From assembly GCA_002269645.1 (NCBI GenBank), contig NIVC01003102.1, positions 1-64,000 of the forward strand: a stretch of 64,000 bases of DNA. Reading direction: 5' to 3'. The stretch is from Macrostomum lignano (taxonomy: Eukaryota). The notes below the pieces were generated by a model. That model saw only the letters and a list, made by a program, of their open reading frames with translations. It searched no databases and was not told the origin of the DNA. Positions 56,201 through 64,000 of the stretch are shown piece by piece (within the stretch, counting starts at the first letter, position 1; every line of letters begins with the position of its first letter). The position numbers and the translations under genes were made by a program.

Positions 56201-59200
56201 AGGAAAATTTCTGATCGAATGGTGCAAGTTTGAAGAAAATCGGTTGAGCCATTTTTTCTGAAATCTATCGCATAGCTAGTTAGTTACAGACATTTCATTT
56301 TTAGTATATAGGATACAGACATTTCATTTTTAGTATATATGATTGTTGGTTTGAATAAAACTAGATAAGGACAAAAGTCTCAATTATTAGAATTCCAAAA
56401 CTCATCAAAATCCCAATCAACCATCGAAATCCCAATCATCAAGATCCCAATCATCGAAATCCCAACCATCAAAATCCCAATCATCGAAATCCCAATCAAT
56501 CATCGAAATCCCTATCATCGAAATCCCAATCAATCATCGAAATCCCAATCAATCATCGAAATCCCAATCAATCATCGAAATCCCAATCAATCATCGAAAT
56601 CCCAATCAATCATCGAAATCCCAATCAATCATCGAAATCCCAATCAATCATCGAAATCCCAATCAATCATCGAAATCCCAATCAATCATCGAAATCCCAA
56701 TCAATCATCGAAATCCCAATCAATCATCGAAATCCCAATCAATCATCGAAATCCCAATCAATCATCGAAATCCCAATCAATCATCGAAATCCCAATCAAT
56801 CATCGAAATCCCAATCAATCATCGAAATCCCAATCAATCATCGAAATCCCAATCAATCATCGAAATCCCAATCAATCATCGAAATCCCAATCAATCATCG
56901 AAATCCCAATCAATCATCGAAATCCCAATCAATCATCGAAATCCCAATCAATCATCGAAATCGCAATTATTGAAATCCCAATCAACCATGGAAATCCCAA
57001 TAATAGAAATCCCAATAATGGAATCCTAATTATCGAAATCCCAATAATCGAAATCCCAATAATCGAAATCCTAATAATCGAAATCCTAATAATCGAAATC
57101 CTAATCAATCATCGAAATCCCAATCATCGAAATCCCAATCAATCATCGAAATCCCAATCAATCATCGAAATCCCAATCAATCATCGAAATCCCAATCAAT
57201 CATCGAAATCCCAATCAATCATCGAAATCCCAATCAATCATTGAAATCCCAATCAATCATCGAAATCCCAATTATTGAAATCCCAATCAATCATCGAAAT
57301 CCCAATAATAGAAATCCCAATAATCGAATCCTAATTATCGAAATCCCAACCATCGAAATCCTAATAATCGAAATCCCAATAATCAAAATCCCAATCATCG
57401 AAATCCCAATCATCGAAATCACAACCATCGAAATCGCAACCATCGAAATCCTAATAATCGAAATCCCAATCATCGAAATCCCAATCATCGAAATCACAAC
57501 CATCGAAATCGCAACCATCGAAATCCTAATAATCGAAATCCCAATAATCGAAATCCCAATCATCGTAATTCCCAATCATCGAAATCCCAATTATTGAAAT
57601 CCCAATCAACCATCGAAATCCCAATCATCGAAATCCCAATCATCGAAATCCCAAATCATCGAAATCCCAATCATCGAAATCCCAAATCATCGAAATCCCA
57701 ATCATGGAAATCCCAATCATCGAAATCCCAATCATACACCCCCAAAATGAGAGCTCCCAGAGCATGCGGATCACTCACCAACGCAGACTCCGCTCTCCAG
57801 CCTGTAGCCGGAGTCGCAACGGCACTCGTAGCCGCCATTGAAGTTGAAGCAGGTTGAGTTGGCCAGGCCGGAGCAGATGCTGGAGTTCAGTTTGCACTCG
57901 TCAATGTCCTGACAGGAGCCGTCGCTAATTACCCGATCGAAGCCGCTGAGGCATTTGCACTCGTAGCTGCCCGGCTTGTTGTTGCACACGGAGTTCGCCG
58001 GGCAGGAGGCCTCGCCGTTGGAGCACTCGTCCTTGTCTAGGCAGACGCTGCCAGCTGGCAAATAGCCGTTGAAGCAGGAGCAGGTGTAGCTGCCGGCCGT
58101 ATTCGTGCACGACTGGTTGCACGGGTTTGTCAGGCACTCGTCCACGTCTGCGATTGGCGCATTGTGGGGTTGCCGGGATTAATAATGGAAAATTCCATTA
58201 CAATTGAAAGCGATGGAGTGACGGAAGTTTCCATTACAATAGAGAGAGATGCAGTGACGGAAGTTTCCATTACAATAGAGAGAGATGCAGTGACGGAAGT
58301 TTCCATTACAATAGAGAGAGATGCAGTGACGGAAGTTTCCATTACAATAGAGAGAGATGCAGTGACGGAAGTTTCCATTACAATAGAGAGAGATTCAGTG
58401 ACGGAAGTTTCCATTACCATAGAGAGAGATTCAGTGACGGAAGTTTCCATTACAATAGAGAGAGATGCAGTGACGGAAGTTTCCATTACAATAGAGAGAG
58501 ATGCAGTGACGGAAGTTTCCATTACAATAGAGAGAGATGCAGTGACGGAAGTTTCCATTACAATAGAGATGCAGTGACGGAAGTTTCCATTACAATAGAG
58601 ATGGAGTGACGGAAGTTTCCATTACAATAGAGAGAGATTCAGTGACGGGTTTCCATTACAATAGAGAGAGATGCAGTGACGGAAGTTTCCATTACAATAG
58701 AGAGAGATGCAGTGACGGAAGTTTCCATTACAATAGAGAGAGATTCAGTGACGGAAGTTTCCATTACCATAGAGAGAGATTCAGTGATGGAAGTTTCCAT
58801 TACAATAGAGAGAGATTCAGTGACGGAAGTTTCCATTACCATAGAGAGAGATGCAGTGACGGAAGTTTCCATTACCATAGAGAGAGATGCAGTGACGGAA
58901 GTTTCCATTACAATAGAGAGAGATGCAGTGACGGAAGTTTCCATTACCATAGAGAGAGATTCAGTGACGGAAGTTTCCATTACCATAGAGAGAGATTCAG
59001 TGACGGAAGTTTCCATTACCATAGAGAGAGATTCAGTGACGGAAGTTTCCATTACAATAGAGAGAGATGCAGTGACGGAAGTTTCCATTACAATAGAGAG
59101 AGATGCAGTGACGGAAGTTTCCATTACAATAGAGAGAGATGCAGTGACGGAAGTTTCCATTACAATAGAGATGCAGTGACGGAAGTTTCCATTACAATAG

Positions 59201-62200
59201 AGATGCAGTGACGGAAGTTTCCATTACAATAGAGAGAGATTCAGTGACGGGTTTCCATTACAATAGAGAGAGATGCAGTGACGGAAGTTTCCATTACAAT
59301 AGAGAGAGATGCAGTGACGGAAGTTTCCATTACAATAGAGAGAGATGCAGTGACGGAAGTTTCCATTACAATAGAGAGAGATGCAGTGACGGGTTTCCAT
59401 TACAATAGAGAGAGATGCAGTGACGGAAGTTTCCATTACAATAGAGAGAGATGCAGTGACGGAAGTTTCCATTACAATAGAGAGAGATGCAGTGACGGAA
59501 GTTTCCATTACAATAGAGATGCAGTGACGGAAGTTTCCATTACAATAGAGATGCAGTGACGGAAGTTTCCATTACAATAGAGATGCAGTGACGGAAGTTT
59601 CCATTACAATAGAGATGCAGTGACGGATATTTCCATTTCGGGTTGACTTTTATTGCACCCCTACTAAGAGTAGACAGCCTCAGACATGCGCAATTAAGCA
59701 AATCAACAGCACGGACCAGTGCAGGTGATGCCGTCTCCAGTGTAGCCGGTGGGACAGGCGGAGCAGTTGAAGGCAGCGGCGGAGTCAGGCGGCAGGTCCG
59801 TGCAAGCGCTGAAGCAGGGCTTCACGCTGCAGGCATCGTAGTCAACATCGCAGTGGCTGCCCGACCAGCCGGAGGTGCAGTTGCAGGGGACGTCGACCAG
59901 CGGGGAGGTCTGGTCGGTCACCGAGTCCCACAGGCAGGCGGCTCCGTTCTGAAATTTGAGGAGACCAGGATTCCTGAGCACGCTCACACAGGGTGTACAG
60001 CCTTAGATCCCACATCAGATCTCACAACCTTAGGTGTCAGATCCCACATCAGATCCCACAACCTTAGGTGTCAGATCCCACACCAGATCCCGCAACCTTA
60101 GGTGTCAGATCCCACATCAGATCCCACAACCTTAGGTGTCAGATCCCGCAACCTTCGGTGTCAGATCCAGCAACCTTAGGACTCAGATCCCACAACCTTA
60201 GGTGTCAGATCCCAAACCCTAAGTGTCAGATATTTAAACCCTAAGTGTCAGATCCCAAACCCTAAGTTTCAGATCCCAAACTCTAAGTGTCAGATATTTA
60301 AACCCTAAGTGTCAGATCCCAAACCCTAAGTGTCAGATCCAAAACCCTAAGTGTCAGATCCCAAACTCTAAGTGTCAGATCCCAAACCCTAAGTGTCAGA
60401 TCCCAAACACTAAGTGTCAGATCCCAAACCCTAAGTGTCAGATATTTAAACCCTAAGTGTCAGATCCCAAACCCTAAGTGTCAGATCCCAAACTACTAAG
60501 TGTCCGATCCCAAACCCTAAGTGTCAGATATTTAAACTTTAAGTGTCAGATCCCAAACCCTAAGTGTCAGATATTTAAACTTTAAGTGTCAGATCCCAAA
60601 CCCTAAGTGTCAGATCCCAAACCCTAAGTGTCAGATATTTAAACCCTAAGTGTCAGATCCCAAACCCTAAGTGTCAGATCCCAAACCCTAAGTGTCAGAT
60701 ATTTAAACCCTAAGTGTCAGATCCCAAACACTAAGTGTCAGATCCCAAACCCTAGGTGTCAGATCTCAAACCCTAAGTGTCAGATCCCAAACCCTAAGTG
60801 TCAGATCCCAAACCCTAAGTGTCAGATCCCAAACCCTAAGTTTCAGATCCCAAACTCTAAGTGTCAGATCCCAAACCCTAAGTGTCAGATCCCAAACCCT
60901 AAGTGTCAGATCCCAAACCCTAAGTGTCAGATCCCAAACACTAAGTGTCAGATCCCAAACTCTAGGTGTCAGATCCCAAACCCTAAGTGTCAGATCCCAA
61001 ACCCTAAGTGTCAGATCCCAAACCCTAAGTGTCAGATCCCAAACCCTAAGTGTCAGATATTTAAACCCTAAGTGTCAGATCCCAAACACTAAGTGTCAGA
61101 TCCCAAACTCTAGGTGTCAGATCCCAAACCCTAAGTGTCAGATCCCAAACCCTAAGTGTCAGATCCCAAACCCTAGGTGTCAGATCTCAAACCCTAAGTG
61201 TCAGATCCCAAACCCTAAGTGTCAGATCCCAAACCCTAAGTGTCAGATCCCAAACCCTAAGTTTCAGATCCCAAACTCTAGGTGTCAGATCCCAAACCCT
61301 AAGTGTCAGATCCCAAACCCTAAGTGTCAGATCCCAAACCCTAAGTGTCAGATCCCAAACCCTAAGTGTCAGATATTTAAACCCTAAGTTTCAGATCCCA
61401 AACTCTAAGTGTCAGATCCCAAACCCTAAGTGTCAGATCCCAAGCACTAAGTGTCAGATTCCAAACCCTAAGTGTCAGATCCCAAACCCTAAGTGTCAGA
61501 TATTTAAACCCTAAGTGTCAGATCCCAAACTCTAGGTGTCAGATCCCAAACCCTAAGTGTCAGATCCCAAACCCTAAGTGTCAGATATTTAAACCCTAAG
61601 TTTCAGATCCCAAACTCTAAGTGTCAGATCCCAAACCCTAAGTGTCAGATCCCAAACACCAAGTGTCAGATTCCAAACCCTAAGTGTCAGATCCCAAACC
61701 CTAAGTGTCAGATCCCAAACCCTAAGTGTCAGATATTTAAACCCTAAGTTTCAGATCCCAAACCCTAAGTGTCAGATCTCAAACCCTAAGTGTCAGATCC
61801 AAACCCTAAGAGTCAGATCCCAAACCCAAAGTGTCAGATCCCAAACCCTAAGTGTCAGATCCCAAACACTAAGTGTCAGATTTCAAACCCTAAGTGTCAG
61901 ATATTTAAACCCTAAGTGTCAGATCCCAAACACAAAGTGTCAGATCCCAAAGATGGCAAGTTGCCAGGGCCTATATTGCACTAATAATTTGCATATGGTT
62001 AGCACTAAGAGCCTGAGCCAAGCCCTAAAGAAAGTTCATTAACTCCCCAGTACAAAAACTCCAGCCAGGAAAATTCTGAAGTAGAATTGGACTATTAGTC
62101 CACCCGTTTCCCAAGCCTCTGAGCCGCGCCCTAAGAGGCATTGCTCATGGTTGTGCAATAGCCAAAGCACAATAAATAATTCAGCTTGAGAACAGGCCTC

Positions 62201-64000
62201 AACCCCAAATTTTAATGACCACAGCGACAGTGAATCGCCCGTGAATCGCCCGCCTCTCAAAAACAGATTTTCCAAAGAATTGTTAATTCGCTAAAATCGA
62301 TCGTTAAACTCGCAGCTGGCAGGCAAACAAATCGGTTTCTAATGGAGACAATTTAAACAAACCATACTAAGGAACTACGAAAGGTAGTTTTGTTACTCTG
62401 TTTGGGAGGCGGTAAAATTAATTATTCAAACAGCCTGAGATCGCGGTTTCAGTAAGCTTGAGGCTTAACACGGCATGGTATCTATGGAGGCTTTATTATA
62501 AATAATTAATTCACGGATCTGATCCACAGAGCGAGGCTCCCGTGCCAACTGCTAATTAAACAGCCAAATGTGAGAGCCAGTTTTTAATTGCCTATTGTCC
62601 ATGGGCCATGGACGAAGGCCCAAGTGTCACCATGGTAACCCGGCTAGGCTGGCTTGTGCATTGTAAAAGCATAGCCATGTTTAAATATTATACGTACAAA
62701 AATTAATTATAGCTTTCAAACAATGCATGCAGTGCCCCCTAGGGTGAACTTCCCTCTCCCCTTCTCGCCACTGTTTTCTTCCCAAAAAAAGGAATTTTCC
62801 AAATTTGCCTTCAGCCAAAAACTGCTCGCGCATTTCTGTTCAATACAGCTCAGCCTGCTAAGCATCCCTACTCATATTGTTACTCATTTTTTTAAACTGC
62901 AAGCGAAGAAAAAAATAGCTAGCAACTGGAAGCGAAGCAGCATTTAAATAGTACATCCGTGTACTTGCTTAAATACACGATACAATCCATATATGCATAC
63001 TTATCCACCTCTAAATACAAATTAGAGGTAGACACAATTAGATACCCACAGACACAATTAGATACCTACAGATACAATTAGGTACCTACAGACACAATTA
63101 GGTACCTACAGACACAATTAGATACCCACAAAAACAATAAGATACCCACAGGCACAATTAGATACCTACAGACACAATTAGATACCCACAGAAACAATAA
63201 GATACCCACAGGCACAATTAGATACCTAGACACAATTAGGTACCCACAGACACAATAAGATACCACAGGCACAATTAGATGCCCACAGACACAATTAGAT
63301 ACCCACAGACACAATTAGATGTCCACAGACACAATAAGATACCCACAGACACAATTAGATGCCCACAGGCACAATTAGATGCCCACAGACACAATTAGAT
63401 GCCCACAGACACAATTAGATACCCAAATACACAATTAGATACCCAAATACACAATTAGATACCCACAGACACAGTTAGATATCCACAGGCACAATTAGAT
63501 ATCCACGGGCACAATTAGATATCCACAGACACAATTAGATACCTACAGACACAATTAGATGCCTACAGACAAGATTAGATACCCACAGACACAATTAGAT
63601 ACCCACAGACACAGTTAAATACCCACATACACAATTAGATACCTACAGACACAATTAGATACCTACAGACACAATTAGATACCTACAGACACAATTAGAT
63701 ACCCACAGACACACCAAGATGCCTACAGACACAACAATATGCTCAGATCGTCCACCAATCATCACACTGGGCAGCGGACCCGAATAGCCTCACCTTGCAC
63801 TGGCAGAAGTGCACCCGAATCGGCAGTACACTACGCGCCGATTTCGTGTCGTTCGCCGACAAGCTGGCATTGACGACAGCGACGCCAACAGACAGATGAG
63901 CCGGCGGTGTCCAGCTGACGGTAACGCTGGCATTGCCAGCAACAGACAGCCAGGCTGGGGCGGAGTGCAGCCACACCGTGAACGGGTCGTCGTTCTTGTC
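41276..64000 (-). CDS. Large single-pass membrane/matrix protein, C-terminal ~1250 aa: ~20 EGF/cbEGF modules, TSP1 repeat, juxtamembrane domain, TM, short tail (mucin-like/fibrillin-like invertebrate family). Exons 64000-63794, 59948-59717, 58147-57779, 53015-52644, 51979-50859, 50352-49803, 49208-49011, 48401-48316, 48220-48105, 45915-45670, 42525-42420, 42156-42041, 41309-41276 (last exon tentative)
   Basis: Repeated D[IV]xEC...CxNxxGx[YF]xCxC motifs; [25 protein letters not shown] (TSP1); [27 protein letters not shown] followed by KK. All listed introns are GT-AG and phase-consistent (0,1,1,1,0,1,1,0,2,2,0,2). The 5' end is beyond the window. Confidence 0.9.
42836..45546. repeat. 23-bp minisatellite (ggggcgcccaacaaagagacaca), ~115 units with higher-order blocks
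   Basis: Period 23 (23-aa period in translation); variant cassette at ~42899, 43712, 44432, 44947. Confidence 0.98.
45985..48030. repeat. 24-bp minisatellite (ggagtggcgccttagttggtgtca)
   Basis: 8-aa period TPTKAPLL in the spurious minus-strand ORFs; fills the intron 45916-48104. Confidence 0.97.
48480..48975. repeat. 20-bp minisatellite (ggagtcaggaatgtcatata) and derivatives
   Basis: ggagtcagga core repeated through the intron 48402-49010. Confidence 0.92.
49225..49690. repeat. Degenerate ~21-bp minisatellite (ccatagcaaccaattgcatta)
   Basis: tagcaac core recurring through the intron 49209-49802. Confidence 0.85.
50415..50805. repeat. 31-bp minisatellite (ggccacaggtaatagataagagaggctgact)
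   Basis: About 12 copies in the intron 50353-50858. Confidence 0.95.
52010..52570. repeat. Degenerate repeat built on ttgggatcaaa / gataatttggga
   Basis: More than 20 tgggat cores in the intron 51980-52643. Confidence 0.8.
53190..53370. repeat. Short ~17-bp array (cagatagcaagcacccc)
   Basis: About 8 variant copies. Confidence 0.8.
53470..55735. repeat. 23-bp minisatellite (tttaatgtttgacatggtggctc) with a catggagtcacgtatatg variant
   Basis: About 95 variant units. Confidence 0.95.
55775..55836 (-). mobile_element. Degenerate tRNA-derived fragment (possible SINE head); not a functional tRNA
   Basis: Minus strand reads gatagcccagatg...gtgacctgggttcgaatcttag, with an A-box-like start and a clear B-box GGTTCGAATC; no complete cloverleaf. 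Confidence 0.4.
56190..56343 (+). mobile_element. 3' end of a DINE-1/Helentron-like non-autonomous element, with a duplicated terminus
   Basis: caagtttgaagaaaatcggttgagcc followed by gttagttacagacatttcatttttagtatatag(a)t, the last 29 nt tandemly duplicated; matches my recollection of HINE/DINE 3' architecture. Confidence 0.45.
56405..57735. repeat. 19-bp (cccaatcaatcatcgaaat) and 15-bp (cccaatcatcgaaat) minisatellite
   Basis: Perfect 19-bp core at 56520-56960, with the 15-bp derivative dominating to the right. Confidence 0.96.
58190..59635. repeat. 36-bp minisatellite (gtgacggaagtttccattacaatagagagagatgca) with a 30-bp variant
   Basis: 12-aa period [12 protein letters not shown] in the spurious ORFs. 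Confidence 0.97.
60005..61950. repeat. 21-bp minisatellite (tcagatcccaaaccctaagtg), each unit containing CCCTAA
   Basis: Period 21 (cagatccc at 60781 and 60802); about 90 units. Confidence 0.97.
63030..63735. repeat. 20-bp minisatellite (gatacccacagacacaatta)
   Basis: About 35 units ending ~55 nt from the donor at 63793. Confidence 0.95.

Noticed and set aside
58130-59559. [12 protein letters not shown] / [12 protein letters not shown] repeat proteins
   Set aside because: Translation of a 36-bp intronic minisatellite; exons 59717 and 58147 join in phase 1 without it.
4250-63735. CRISPR arrays
   Set aside because: All arrays are head-to-tail repeats without unique spacers, there are no cas genes, and the context is eukaryotic.

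Overview
Animal (eukaryotic) genomic DNA, not prokaryotic. GC/CpG-rich exons are separated by GT-AG introns, and most introns are filled by a private minisatellite. The style resembles the flatworm Macrostomum (inference only). Five protein genes can be assembled by hand with in-phase splice sites: the 3' part of a MEIS/homothorax TALE homeobox gene (+, with apparent indels), FBXL8 (-, 4 exons, 436 aa), HCCS cytochrome c heme lyase (-, 2 exons, 282 aa), FAF1 (+, 5 exons, 730 aa), and the last ~1250 aa of a large EGF/cbEGF-TSP1 single-pass membrane protein (-, 13 exons, 5' end outside the window). About 22.0-30.6 kb is a transposon graveyard almost devoid of CpG. It holds a dead intron-containing PHD-FLYWCH-MULE transposase, a probable Tc1-like remnant, a foldback element and a hAT MITE. 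A 2584-bp hAT element with perfect TIRs and TSD (38457-41040) has an interior densely peppered with 4-7 bp micro-duplications. Most long ORFs in the ORF track are read-throughs of tandem repeats. No CRISPR, rRNA or intact tRNA is present. Best leads: repeat-targeted C>T hypermutation (CpG and apparently beyond), the PHD-bearing Mutator, the stuttered hAT interior, and a splice-donor-bearing minisatellite shared by two genes.
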